DNA of 64,000 bases from an uncultured cyanobacterium (GCA_963703315.1 OY969811.1:1760001-1824000); one strand, 5' to 3'. Counted from the first letter of the stretch, positions 9,649 through 21,364 are shown. The notes: generated by a model from the letters alone, not told the origin. Made by a program: numbers and translations.

Positions 9649-10974
9649 ATGAATACCTACAGCCCTATTACTGTTGATCGCCAATCTACAGAAGAAGAAC
9701 GTCAAAAAGCTCTTCGTCAGATTTATTTTCAGGTTTTAGAGCGTCAACCCTACGAGTTTGAGCGTAGATTAATCACCAAGATTGAGAAAGATTTTCTCAA
9801 AGGCAAACTTGGGGTGCGTCACTTCATTGGTGAGCTAGTCATGTCACCTGTGTATCTCAATAGTTTTTATCATGACTGTTCAAATCTCAAGTTTGTCGAA
9901 TGGAGTTTTAAGCATATTCTGGGTAGAGCATTGCGAGATAGTACTGAAATTGCTCTATACATGAATTTGTTGATGAAGGAAGGTGTGTCTGCCTTCTTTA
10001 AAGAAATTCTTAGCTCCGAAGAATATCGGAAAGCTTTTGGTAGTTTCACTGTTCCCCATGCGCGAGATATCAAGTTCTATGACTCACCTCGCAACTATCT
10101 CCAAACTGACCTTCTACAACATGAACACGTTGGACAGCGCGGTAAAGTTATTCCTACGATCTATTGGCAACAATTAGGAATGGATTGTGAAACAGGTACT
10201 TGCGTGATGCCTGAAGAGATGCTCCATGATCAAGAAGCAGCCAGTCATTCTGTACATTCGGCGGTAGATCGTCAAAATGCCCTTGCTCAAATCTATGCTC
10301 AGGTACTAGAACGTCAGCCCTATACCTCTGAACGCAAGGAAATTCTTCAGTTAGAACAAGATTTTCTCTGTGGCAAGATTGATGTACGGCATTTTCTAGG
10401 TGCTTTAGTTATGTCTGAGCTATACCTCAACGATTTTTATCGAGATACTTCTAATCTGAAGTTTATGGAGTTTAGCTTTAAACATCTCCTTGGTCGGACT
10501 CCCCATGATAAGGAAGAAATTGGAGTCTATACAGACATATTGACCAAACAAGGTGTTTCTGCATTTTTCCATAGGATCTTTGATTCGGATGAGTACCGCA
10601 AAGCCTTTGGTTTACATACGGTTCCCTATGCCCGTGATGTTAAGTTCCATGAATCGCCTCGTAACTATTTGCAAAGTGACTTGATGCAGCATGAACACGT
10701 GGGGCAAAGGGGAAGATCTGTTCCAAGTCTCTATTGGCAGGAGTTGGGAATGAACTGCGAAACAGGTACTTGTGTCATGCCTGATGATGAGTCTGAGCAT
10801 TCTGTCAAACCTCAGCCTGTACAAAAACAATCTCCAGTGAAGGAACCAATTTCCCGATCGCTCAATGAAGAGATTGAAGAACTGCTCCAAATGTTGCAAA
10901 ACAGTGATGCTAAGCAAGTTTTGCAAAGTATGAATGAAAACCAGCGATCTCTGCTCCGCAATTTGGCTAAATAA
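9649..10974 (+). CDS. Phycobilisome linker-domain protein with two tandem PBS-linker repeats
   Basis: Twice: QIYxQVLERQPY...FKHxLGR...SxEYRKAFGxxTVPxAR. Confidence 0.85.
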   Translation: MNTYSPITVDRQSTEEERQKALRQIYFQVLERQPYEFERRLITKIEKDFLKGKLGVRHFIGELVMSPVYLNSFYHDCSNLKFVEWSFKHILGRALRDSTEIALYMNLLMKEGVSAFFKEILSSEEYRKAFGSFTVPHARDIKFYDSPRNYLQTDLLQHEHVGQRGKVIPTIYWQQLGMDCETGTCVMPEEMLHDQEAASHSVHSAVDRQNALAQIYAQVLERQPYTSERKEILQLEQDFLCGKIDVRHFLGALVMSELYLNDFYRDTSNLKFMEFSFKHLLGRTPHDKEEIGVYTDILTKQGVSAFFHRIFDSDEYRKAFGLHTVPYARDVKFHESPRNYLQSDLMQHEHVGQRGRSVPSLYWQELGMNCETGTCVMPDDESEHSVKPQPVQKQSPVKEPISRSLNEEIEELLQMLQNSDAKQVLQSMNENQRSLLRNLAK

Positions 10975-10976
10975 AT

Positions 10977-11020
10977 AGTAAATAAAAAAACTGGGCTTTG
11001 CCCAGTTTTTTTATTTACTA
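10977..11020. terminator. Terminator-like palindrome after the linker gene
   Basis: TAGTAAATAAAAAAACTGGGC-TTT-GCCCAGTTTTTTTATTTACTA. Confidence 0.6.
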
Positions 11021-11120
11021 AAAATATAGATTTAAGAAGAATTTATCAATTTAATAAACTGGGCTTAACCTGATAGTGTCGAGAAACACATAGGATCATT
11101 AATGTATACCTCACGCTTTT

Positions 11121-11750
11121 ATGACATATACATTTTCAAGTTTTGATCTTAATTCTCCAGCTTCTGTAACTGACTGGCGGCGATCGCTCGAAGAAATTTA
11201 TCGCGGACGCACCATGCACACTTACAAAAGTGGACAAATTATTCCCATGTACCCTCATGAAGTATGGGTAGTTTGTCGGGGAGTTGTGCAACTAAATACG
11301 CTGCATCCATCAGGTGATGAAGTTTTGGTTGGTTTTGCCGTACAAGCAATGCCCTTTGGCTTACCTTTGACTAATCTAGAGCCATATCAAGCGATCGCTT
11401 TATCAGATGTAGACTTGATGCGATTTACCATCTCAGAGCTAGAGCAATCACCACAGCTTTATCAAGGTATTTTGCAACATCTAAATCGTCGTCTTCAGCA
11501 AACGGAGTCTTTGTTGGCTCTAGTTAGTAACAAGCGGGTTGAAGAACGCCTAAGACAAATCTTGCTATTGCTCAAGCAAGAAGTTGGCATCGCTGTCGAG
11601 GGAGGAACTCGTCTCACTGTAAGGCTTACCCACCAACATCTGGCTAGTGCCATTAGTAGTACTCGTGTCACGGTCACCAGAGCCATGAAGCTCTTACAAG
11701 ATGAAGGATGGCTCAAGGTTGATCGCGATCGGCATATCATTTTGGTATAG
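11121..11750 (+). CDS. Crp/Fnr family transcriptional regulator
   Basis: LTHQHLASAISSTRVTVTR Crp-type HTH. Confidence 0.9.
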   Translation: MTYTFSSFDLNSPASVTDWRRSLEEIYRGRTMHTYKSGQIIPMYPHEVWVVCRGVVQLNTLHPSGDEVLVGFAVQAMPFGLPLTNLEPYQAIALSDVDLMRFTISELEQSPQLYQGILQHLNRRLQQTESLLALVSNKRVEERLRQILLLLKQEVGIAVEGGTRLTVRLTHQHLASAISSTRVTVTRAMKLLQDEGWLKVDRDRHIILV

Positions 11751-11827
11751 CATCAGCACAAAAAACAGAAAATAGTTCCTGCGCTCCGCGCAGGAACTAT
11801 AAAAAAAGGGCGCTCAGCGCCCTTTTT

Positions 11828-12379
11828 TTATTTCTTGAGAATGGTTACAACAAGAGCCGTAGTTTCGGTTACAGGTTTCACGCCTTCAGGATAGTTAATC
11901 TCGCTAACATGAACACCCTTACCAATATCAAGATTGGTAATGTCAATTTCAAAGCTTTCAGGAATATCGCTAGGAGCGCAAGCTACACGCACATAGTTCT
12001 TGATCGTGTCAACAGAACCACCGCCAACTTTTACGCCTACGGGTACGCCTACGAAGTGTAGAGGGATATCTACTTCGATCTTCGACTGAGCCTCGATCGC
12101 GAAAAAGCTAAGGTGATAAATCGAATTTTTGAAAGGATGATTTTGAACTTCACGCAATAGTGTTTTGCCTTTAAAGTCGCCATCAGTTACATTTACTTCG
12201 ATCAATGTGTTATTAATCGTGGCTGCTCGTAGCAAGGTTGTGGCTTCTTTTGCATCTAAAGTGATTGAGATTGACTCAGATCCTTTATGTCCATATACAG
12301 TTGCAGGGATTTGTCCATTACGACGGAGCGTACGATTATTCGCAGGAGGACGAGTAGAAGCGTTTATTTGTAGTGCCAT
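11828..12379 (-). CDS. rplY: 50S ribosomal protein L25 / general stress protein Ctc
   Basis: LRRNGQIPATVYG, REVQNHP, GVKVGGG. Confidence 0.93.
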   Translation of the reverse strand: MALQINASTRPPANNRTLRRNGQIPATVYGHKGSESISITLDAKEATTLLRAATINNTLIEVNVTDGDFKGKTLLREVQNHPFKNSIYHLSFFAIEAQSKIEVDIPLHFVGVPVGVKVGGGSVDTIKNYVRVACAPSDIPESFEIDITNLDIGKGVHVSEINYPEGVKPVTETTALVVTILKK

Positions 12380-12431
12380 TTTTATTAATTAATCAAGGTA
12401 ATTGTTTAATGTGGGTGTTAATAGCTAGAAG

Positions 12432-13757
<1,326 letters not shown>

Positions 13758-13953
13758 TCAATAAAATCTCACAATCATCAATCTTCTCAAAAGGTTGTGG
13801 TGTTTGTCAATCACTTTTGTCAAAAATAAGGTTTGGCGATCGCACACGTTTATAAATAAAAAGCGAAATTAAGGCTGGATTCCCTTGGAGTGGGCTTAGG
13901 GAAGAATTTTTGATTTTTACGCTTGAGATAAATTTTTATGGCTTTATTCTCTG

Positions 13954-14045
13954 TTGCAATTGCCAATTAGCGATCGCTGGCAGTTGGTGCAAACTCTCCT
14001 AGATTCCCTACAACGGGAGTCTCAACCAATTGTAAAACGTGTTCT
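13954..14045 (+). pseudogene. Fragment of a small antitoxin-like gene (LQLPISDRWQLVQTLLDSLQRES)
   Basis: Protein-like helix lacking a clear start; the rest of the called ORF is antisense to the DUF433 gene. Confidence 0.35.
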
Positions 14046-14070
14046 ATTAATGTCTTGGGTAAAGAGAACT

Positions 14071-14382
14071 TTAGAGAACTCCTTGAGCTTTCATCTTGAT
14101 ATAAAAGGGCGATCGCACAGATTGGCTAGTACTTCCTTGAACTTGCTCCCATTCTTCTTTGATTTCTTGGTCAATCTCTTTTTGATGATCGAAGTAATAA
14201 CCCATTGCTGCATGGGCTTCGGCGGGTGTTAGGTAAAGGTGCTGACGACATATTTCTTCGACTGACCAACCATAGGCGAGGTAATCCATGACGATTTGCG
14301 CTACTCGAATGCGTGGTAAGCGTTGCAGTCTGGCGGGTTGGTTGTCGCTTTTTTCGATATGTGGATAACTTAGGGCTAACAT
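14071..14382 (-). CDS. DUF433 domain protein (antitoxin-like), no partner toxin
   Basis: RIRVAQIV..GWSVEEI..YLTPAEAHAAMGYY. Confidence 0.8.
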   Translation of the reverse strand: MLALSYPHIEKSDNQPARLQRLPRIRVAQIVMDYLAYGWSVEEICRQHLYLTPAEAHAAMGYYFDHQKEIDQEIKEEWEQVQGSTSQSVRSPFYIKMKAQGVL

Positions 14383-14648
14383 AGTATTTTACTTTTTTAT
14401 AGCTAAGTTGTCATATTTTTACAGTATAGTCTTTACTGATATTGATAAGTTTTGCTTAGATGATGAGCCAATCACAGTTTTTCTATTTCAAACCATCAAA
14501 AACTCTAATGAAGTATTTCCAAATAGAATGGGCTGTAAGTCAGTGGACGCTAGATATTAGCTTGGTAAGATTTAGTAGATATTGCCTAACCTTTACCAAC
14601 ATATTTTAAGTCTATATTTAAGAAGAAATTTTAACGAGATAATGCGTT

Positions 14649-15830
14649 ATGAAACTAGATGTAATGTATTACTGTCAAAATGACGGTTTACCTGACAAGT
14701 GGCTTCTAGAAGAATTTCGATTAGGAAATATCAACTTGATTGTTGGTAAAAATGCATCAGGTAAGACAAAAACCCTTAGAGCAATCAATCTCATAGCATC
14801 ATTACTATCTGGAGAATTAGATGGTACTAGGGGTATTCTTCTTTCAAAAGAATCAAGAGAATGGAAGCTTATCTTTGATACTCATGACAATGAAAACAAA
14901 AAAACTTATATATTAAAAGTTGAGAATGGTCAGGTTGTACAGGAAAAATTTACCATTGGCTCCAAGAATTATTTAGATCGTAATGCGTCAGGTGAAGGTA
15001 TAGTTTGGGCTGAGAGATTAGGTGAAAAAATTGATTTTCAAACTCCTATTTTCGAGGTGGCTGCTTTAAAACGTCGAGACTCTATTCAACATCCTTTCTT
15101 TGAATATCTTTATTCTTGGGCAAGCTCTCTAAGATACTATCAGTTTGGGACAGAGTTGGGTAGAAGAAGTATAATAATAAGTACTAGAAATCTTAATTCT
15201 ATAAGAGAAAATATCGATTTAAAAGATTCTGACCATGTAGTTGGAATTTTTGTGTTAGGTAAAGAAGAACTTGGTGATAAGTTTATTGAAGCGATAAAAT
15301 TAGACATGGCTCAAATAGGATATAAAATATCTGGCATTGGTACTAAATCACCTATTTCTACAGAAGCTCCCCTAGATGGAGAACCTGAATCTTTATATAT
15401 TCAGGAGGTTGATTTGTTTGAAAAAACACAGCAAAATTATATGTCTCAAGGTCTTTTTAGAGCCTTATCTCTAATAATTCAAATTAACTATTCACTTCTT
15501 GCTGAAAAGCCTAGTTGTATATTGATTGATGATATTGGCGAGGGTCTAGATTTTGAGAGAGCTTCAGCTATGATTAAAGTACTGATTAGCAAAGCAGAAT
15601 CTGGTCTAGTGCAATTAATAATGACCACTAATGATCGCTTTATTATGAATGGTGTTCCTCTTGAATACTGGTCAGTAATTGAACGCAAATCTGGCTTAGC
15701 AAAGCTCCATAACATTTATAATTCAAAGCAAATTTTTGACGACTTCAAGTTTACGGGATTGAATAATTTTGACTTTTTCTCTTCTCAGTTTTATCTTGAT
15801 GGGTTTGGTGAAGAGGAGATAGAAAATTAG
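14649..15830 (+). CDS. ABC/AAA_21-type ATPase (putative defence)
   Basis: Walker A GKNASGKT, MSQG signature, ILIDDIGEGLD Walker B; AT-rich, no HIP1. Confidence 0.8.
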   Translation: MKLDVMYYCQNDGLPDKWLLEEFRLGNINLIVGKNASGKTKTLRAINLIASLLSGELDGTRGILLSKESREWKLIFDTHDNENKKTYILKVENGQVVQEKFTIGSKNYLDRNASGEGIVWAERLGEKIDFQTPIFEVAALKRRDSIQHPFFEYLYSWASSLRYYQFGTELGRRSIIISTRNLNSIRENIDLKDSDHVVGIFVLGKEELGDKFIEAIKLDMAQIGYKISGIGTKSPISTEAPLDGEPESLYIQEVDLFEKTQQNYMSQGLFRALSLIIQINYSLLAEKPSCILIDDIGEGLDFERASAMIKVLISKAESGLVQLIMTTNDRFIMNGVPLEYWSVIERKSGLAKLHNIYNSKQIFDDFKFTGLNNFDFFSSQFYLDGFGEEEIEN

Positions 15831-16531
15831 TGAAAAGACTTGCGATTTTTGTAGAGGGGCAAACAGAAAAAATTTTTGTCAGAAAATTACTTGAAGAGAT
15901 TGCAGGTAAGAGCAACATTGCTATTGCTGAACAAGATATGAAAGGCAAACAGAATAGTAGATTCACCGCATTGACTATGAGCGATCCTGTTACTGCTCAA
16001 ACTAAATATTACGTTCTAATATGTAACTCTGGCAGTGACAATAGTGTTGTTTCTGACATACGTGACCAGTATGCTAGTTTGGTTAGCTCTGGTTACAGTA
16101 AAATAATTGGCTTAAGAGATGTTTATCCGATTCCGATTGCAGACAAGGGTATTTTAGAGCGAAGTTTACGCACAGTATTACCAAAAGGCAATGTAGCTTC
16201 TCATATAGTACTTGCCGTAATGGAAGTGGAAGCATGGTTTTTGGCAGAGTGGAATCATTTCTTAAAGGTTAGCCCAAGTCTGACTCCATCTTTAATTCAA
16301 TCAAACTTAGGATTTAACCCTAAGACTGATGATATGGAGAGTAGGAACCATCCTACTGAAGATTTACGTCAAATTTATCAACTCGCAGGTAAGCCTTACA
16401 ACAAGGCAAGAAACCAAGTAAATAGAGTAGTTTCAAATTTAGATTACGAATTTTTATACTTGCAGCTTGCTGGCATTGTTCCTAGTTTAGGAAAATTCAT
16501 TAGTTATATTGATGACTTTATGATGCTTTAG
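15830..16531 (+). CDS. DUF4276-like (TOPRIM-like) partner protein
   Basis: FVEGQTE, GLRDVYP, MEVEAWFL; stop/start overlap with the ATPase. Confidence 0.7.
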   Translation: MKRLAIFVEGQTEKIFVRKLLEEIAGKSNIAIAEQDMKGKQNSRFTALTMSDPVTAQTKYYVLICNSGSDNSVVSDIRDQYASLVSSGYSKIIGLRDVYPIPIADKGILERSLRTVLPKGNVASHIVLAVMEVEAWFLAEWNHFLKVSPSLTPSLIQSNLGFNPKTDDMESRNHPTEDLRQIYQLAGKPYNKARNQVNRVVSNLDYEFLYLQLAGIVPSLGKFISYIDDFMML

Positions 16532-16655
16532 TTACGATCTCACCTTCTGAATCTTTTTCCTAACTATCTCACTACCAGTTCTTAATTTTCTAGCTCCATA
16601 CTACATTTATTCTCAAAGCGATCGCAAGTCTACACTAGCGACCCAGCAATACTTA

Positions 16656-18275
16656 TCAGTTAGCAAAAGAAGATTCGCGATGCTTGATCAACGTCTCCAC
16701 AGGCAAAGCACTCCGCAGATGCTGCCAAGGCAAAACTTGATTCACATCCCAATCATCATGTACATACCAAGCAAGCGTCGGCAACTGTCCCCGCAATTCC
16801 TTAAAGGCACGTTTGTAAGAGCCATCACTCGGTACATCCCCATCGCTATAGCTACAAGCCAGAATCAATAACTTAGTCAAACGGCGATCGCCACGAGAAA
16901 TGAGCGCTTGCACCAGCGAATCTTTGTAACTCTCAGGACGAAAATCAATTCCTTTAGGAAGTAACTTTTTACGGAAGTACTGCATTTTCTTCTCGGCTGT
17001 AGTGCTGACACCCTGCCACTGCCAAGGCGTATGGGATTTCGGAACAAAGGTACTGCAACCAAAGGTAATCTTTAATTTTGGCGCAATCTTACGCAAGGAA
17101 ATTAGCATCTCAATCGTTTGCTCGATATCATCATCATTTTCCATCGGCACACCTGCCATCCCATAGAGCTTCAGAGATTTCAAACCACCAGCCTGAGCGT
17201 TAATTGCCGCTTGCTTAATTTCATCATTATGCAACTTCTTATTAATGATTTCGCGCAAACGTTCAGAACCGCTTTCGATCGCAATGGTCACGGAACGACT
17301 ATCACGAGTAGAGAGAATTCTTGCTAATTTCTCTGTCAGTGTATTGGTACGCACCGAGGCAAGACTAAGGCGCACATCATCAAACTGCGGCTGAGCAAGA
17401 TGATCCAGTAAGGTATCAAATTCAGGATGTTGGGTAATCGATGCACCGAGCAAACCTAAGCGCTTAGTTACAGTGAGTCCTTTAGCGATCGCAGGCATCA
17501 GACTTGACTCCAAACTAGCAGTCCGAAAGGGAAGCGTGAGATAACTCGCCAAACAGAAGCGACACATCTCTGGACAACTCCGCACCACTTCCACCATGAA
17601 AATGCTTTCCCATGCTGCTTTTTCGGTCACAACTGTGGAAGCTGAGAGTGTATTGCCTTTATAGGTTTGCTTATGAATTATGGCAGGGATAGCAGAATCG
17701 ATAGGTTGAATTGCAGTAATTGCGCCATCATCGGATTCGTAGGTAACTGCATAGAACTGGGGAACATAAATTCCATCTAGTTTTGCTAAATGGTGCAATT
17801 TTACTTCACGGCTAGCATGACGCACTTCTTGATAAGCATTAAGGAAGTTCCCAATTAATTCTTCGCCATCACCAAGTAGCACAATATCAAACCATGCGGC
17901 AAATGGCTCAGGATTAGCGGTGAGAACTGGTCCTCCACCAAATACTAATGGATGCTCATCAGTGCGATCGCAAGTATCAATGGGAATCTCAAATTTTTTT
18001 AATGCGGCAAGAATATTGACATAATCCAGTTCCCACGAAAATGAAAAGCCCAAGATCTCAATCTGGCGCGGTAAATCTTCATGGGCATCGGTAAACCAAC
18101 GACTGACATTAACTTGCGATCGCGTGGCTAAGTTTGCCCAAACTCCTTGATAGCCTAGGCTGGTGATTCCTACAGTGTAGGTATTTGGGAAAGCAAAGAC
18201 AATATTTACTGCATCATGGTCTGGTGTAGTTGGGTCAAACAGTAAATATTCGGACTGAAAATAGGATTGATTCAA
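16656..18275 (-). CDS. B12-binding-domain radical SAM protein
   Basis: RSCPEMCRFC (CxxxCxxC); GGPVLTANPEP; start likely TTG 18275 because 18374 lies in a hairpin. Confidence 0.85.
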   Translation of the reverse strand: MNQSYFQSEYLLFDPTTPDHDAVNIVFAFPNTYTVGITSLGYQGVWANLATRSQVNVSRWFTDAHEDLPRQIEILGFSFSWELDYVNILAALKKFEIPIDTCDRTDEHPLVFGGGPVLTANPEPFAAWFDIVLLGDGEELIGNFLNAYQEVRHASREVKLHHLAKLDGIYVPQFYAVTYESDDGAITAIQPIDSAIPAIIHKQTYKGNTLSASTVVTEKAAWESIFMVEVVRSCPEMCRFCLASYLTLPFRTASLESSLMPAIAKGLTVTKRLGLLGASITQHPEFDTLLDHLAQPQFDDVRLSLASVRTNTLTEKLARILSTRDSRSVTIAIESGSERLREIINKKLHNDEIKQAAINAQAGGLKSLKLYGMAGVPMENDDDIEQTIEMLISLRKIAPKLKITFGCSTFVPKSHTPWQWQGVSTTAEKKMQYFRKKLLPKGIDFRPESYKDSLVQALISRGDRRLTKLLILACSYSDGDVPSDGSYKRAFKELRGQLPTLAWYVHDDWDVNQVLPWQHLRSALPVETLIKHRESSFAN

Positions 18276-18392
18276 GGTTTCGGCAATAGATCGCAATATC
18301 GCTATTATGCCAGCAATTTTTGATCGCTGAACCAATAGCCATTTTGAAAAGTGTTGCAAAGCAACACTTTTCAAAATGGCTATTGGTTCTAG

Positions 18393-18860
18393 TTAAGCAA
18401 TCCGTATTTCCTCAATAAAGGAAATCCCATCAAAAACTCCATCTTTAAAGGCTTGGGTGCTGCGAACGCGATGATTTTCGCTTAGTAGAGTCATTGTTTC
18501 TATAAATGTAATGAGCGCACCATCTTGAGTCTTATTTGCCCGAAAGCAAACTAAATCCTGACCTGCATCCCATGAGATCGCCGAAAAATCACTATAACTA
18601 CTTGAACGCATTTTCAAAATCCGATCTTCAAATTGCCCTTCAAAATCAAGCTGAAGGCGTGAACCATCGGCGTATTCATACTTGTTCACCTGTTGATACT
18701 TACTACCTGCGATCGCGATCGTAAAACTGCCGACAAAGCTCCGCGAAAAATGTCCCTGCTTATCAGTTTTAATATATTCGCCCTTCCAAGTGCCAATATG
18801 ACGGGTAAATATTTCAGGAACTTGTTCTAAATCTGGAGCAATTTCAGAGGTTGTAATCAT
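18393..18860 (-). CDS. DUF3598-like beta-barrel protein
   Basis: RHIGTWKGEY N-terminal motif; beta-rich. Confidence 0.55.
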   Translation of the reverse strand: MITTSEIAPDLEQVPEIFTRHIGTWKGEYIKTDKQGHFSRSFVGSFTIAIAGSKYQQVNKYEYADGSRLQLDFEGQFEDRILKMRSSSYSDFSAISWDAGQDLVCFRANKTQDGALITFIETMTLLSENHRVRSTQAFKDGVFDGISFIEEIRIA

Positions 18861-18940
18861 CTAATTTATCTTTTTCCTAAACAACTTTGCATTTATGGTT
18901 AGAGAGAGTGCGCCCCTTCGGGGCGCACTCTCTCTATTTG

Positions 18941-20011
18941 TTAACGACGACCAATTTTTCGACTCACTTCGCGACTGGTGCGTTGATATTCATGGACAAT
19001 CGGTAATCTCTCAGTCTGGTATTTTTCGAGCGCCTCGTCAATACTGGCGCTAGATTTTAGATATTGCGTTAACAACAAGCCATCTTCCCATCCTGAAGTC
19101 ATGCCTCTAGCACGAGTAGAACTCTTTGCATGAGCGGCATCACCAATTAAAAGCACTCGACTATCATATAACTTTGGTAAGGGATCGATATCATAGGAAT
19201 AACGACAAATCATAGTTTCTGGAGGCGTTGATTCAATTACCTTTCGCGCATCTTCTGGAAGTTTCGCTAATTCTTGAGCAGGAATAGTTGTATTAATCGG
19301 CTGGAGTATTCCCTTCTCAGCATCCGTTTGTTCCGTTTCAATAAAGAAACCCCAATGGGTATGAGTATCGTCAATATGAAAGAAATTCGCATAAATGCCG
19401 CGACCACGCACATAAACAAAAAAGTTTCCTTCGGGACAGAAGCTGCGATCCTCAACAATTCCGCGCCAAACGAGATCCCCAAGATAGTTAAGCTCAACAT
19501 TCGGAACGACGGATTGACGCACCTTAGATAGAATCCCATCCGCACCAATAATTAAATCTCCTTCCCATTGACTGCCATCTTTAAAATGGGCGATCGCACT
19601 ACTCTCAGTTTGAGAAATTGTAGACAATTGAGCATTAAATTTAATCCGATCAGGGGATAAAGTATCGAGAATTGCTTCTAAAATTGCTTTGCGGTGAACG
19701 AGCATTCCCGGTAATTCGTCTTCAGCATAGGTAACAGCTTCTGAATTGACGAATCCACCTTTAAGATTACGGAACTCAAATAATTTAACAGGATTACCAG
19801 CTTCAATAATTTTTTGAGTGATTTTTGGGTTGCCCTCATGCAGTGCTTTCATTCCCGATTGGACAATCAGAATGCCACATCCATCGGTACGGACTACTGG
19901 GGCTTTCTCAAATAAGCTGACCTGAAATCCTTCTTGAATAAGCAAACTGGCAAGATAAGCCCCCGATGTTCCTGCGCCGATGATGCCTATCTTGCTGTTC
20001 GTAGAAATCAT
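18941..20011 (-). CDS. FAD-dependent monooxygenase
   Basis: IIGAGTSG, IGADGILS, LIGDAAH. Confidence 0.9.
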   Translation of the reverse strand: MISTNSKIGIIGAGTSGAYLASLLIQEGFQVSLFEKAPVVRTDGCGILIVQSGMKALHEGNPKITQKIIEAGNPVKLFEFRNLKGGFVNSEAVTYAEDELPGMLVHRKAILEAILDTLSPDRIKFNAQLSTISQTESSAIAHFKDGSQWEGDLIIGADGILSKVRQSVVPNVELNYLGDLVWRGIVEDRSFCPEGNFFVYVRGRGIYANFFHIDDTHTHWGFFIETEQTDAEKGILQPINTTIPAQELAKLPEDARKVIESTPPETMICRYSYDIDPLPKLYDSRVLLIGDAAHAKSSTRARGMTSGWEDGLLLTQYLKSSASIDEALEKYQTERLPIVHEYQRTSREVSRKIGRR

Positions 20012-20114
20012 TTGAGCCTCTTTGACGTTTAATTTGGCGTTGTTTTGATCATAATCAATATTTCCTTATCTATCAGCTTTTTGTATTTTATGTAACATTG
20101 CAAGAACTCTAAAT

Positions 20115-20738
20115 TTAAACGCAAGTTTGCAAAGCTTCAATATCAGCGCTCACAATCTGATCTAGATTTCTAGTTATCTTCTCCATGTCCCAATTCCACC
20201 ATGCGATTTCGAGTAATTGCGCGATCGCCTGATCATCAAATCTTTTACGAATCAAAGTGGCAGGATTGCCCCCGACGATCGCATAGGATGGCACATCTTT
20301 AGTAACTACAGATTTGGAGGCAATAATCGCGCCATCACCAATCTTTACTCCTGCCATAATCACCGCTTCGTAGCCAATCCAGACATCGTTCCCAATCACA
20401 GTATCGCCTTTGTAGGGGAATTCCAGATTTTGCGGTTTCCATTCGTTCCAAAATATTTGAAATGGATAGGTAGAGATACCCGACATACTATGATTTGCGC
20501 CATTCATGATGAACTTTACGCCACGAGCGATCGCGCAAAATTTACCGATAATTAGCTTGTCACCGATAAAGTCAAAGTGATAGAGAACATTGCGCTCAAA
20601 GTTTTCTGAATCTTCAGGATCATCGTAATAGGTGTAGTCGCCGATGATGATATTTGGGTTAGTAACTGTGTTTTGAATAAAGCAAACTTGGGGAAATCCT
20701 GCCATTGGATGCGGATTTTTAGGATCTGGATAGTTCAT
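20115..20738 (-). CDS. Vat/CatB-family xenobiotic O-acetyltransferase
   Basis: [31 protein letters not shown]; start ATG 20738. Confidence 0.9.
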   Translation of the reverse strand: MNYPDPKNPHPMAGFPQVCFIQNTVTNPNIIIGDYTYYDDPEDSENFERNVLYHFDFIGDKLIIGKFCAIARGVKFIMNGANHSMSGISTYPFQIFWNEWKPQNLEFPYKGDTVIGNDVWIGYEAVIMAGVKIGDGAIIASKSVVTKDVPSYAIVGGNPATLIRKRFDDQAIAQLLEIAWWNWDMEKITRNLDQIVSADIEALQTCV

Positions 20739-20766
20739 AGATATCTTAAAGCTAATATTTATGTTA

Positions 20767-20871
20767 TATAGCAAAAAAGTTTAAAAAACCCAAGAAGAGA
20801 GTTGCGGCGCTCCGCGCCGCAACTCTCTTCTTGGGTTTTAGTTTGTACTAGCTAACTCTTTTTTTGCTATA
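20767..20871. mobile_element. MITE-like family A (TATAGC...GCTATA), overlapping the 3' end of marR
   Basis: Inverted ends, long perfect hairpin; close copy at 41693-41808. Confidence 0.7.
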
Positions 20872-21305
20872 TGACTGAGGTCTTCGAGTCCCTTCATTAA
20901 AATCGTAAGCTGATCTGAGGAAAGATGATCTAACTTCTGGGCAAGGCGATCGCAGGTAATTTGCCGAACTTGTTGTAGATGTTCTTTGCCTGCAACCGTG
21001 AGACTTAGCACAACCTGTCGCCTTGTGGTGGGATGATCATTGCGGGTGACAAATTCTTTCTGCACTAGGCGCTCAACCATTGTAGAAGTTGACGCACTCG
21101 TGACACCTAAATATTCGGCTAGGACGACAAGGGATGAACTAGGATTATTTTGCAGAAAGGCGAGGGCGCGTAATTGGGGAATCGTCAGGCAAGTTGTTTT
21201 TTGCATACGCACATCCTTATGAATCCATTGCATCACGGCGGGCAGAACATCCATAACTTCTGTGGCACAAAGTTGAGAGGAAATTGAGTTGTGTGATGAA
21301 TTCAT
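20838..21305 (-). CDS. MarR family regulator
   Basis: LTIPQLRAL, LAEYLGVTSASTSTMVERLV, RRQVVLSLT. Confidence 0.9.
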   Translation of the reverse strand: MNSSHNSISSQLCATEVMDVLPAVMQWIHKDVRMQKTTCLTIPQLRALAFLQNNPSSSLVVLAEYLGVTSASTSTMVERLVQKEFVTRNDHPTTRRQVVLSLTVAGKEHLQQVRQITCDRLAQKLDHLSSDQLTILMKGLEDLSHIAKKELASTN

Positions 21306-21338
21306 CTTGACTTTTAGGATATTGTTAAGATATTAGTG

Positions 21339-21364
21339 TTGTTAATAGTTAGATAAGTTAACAA
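21339..21364. promoter_or_regulatory. Candidate MarR operator in the divergent promoter
   Basis: TTGTTAA-N12-TTAACAA inverted repeat with further GTTA half-sites. Confidence 0.4.
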
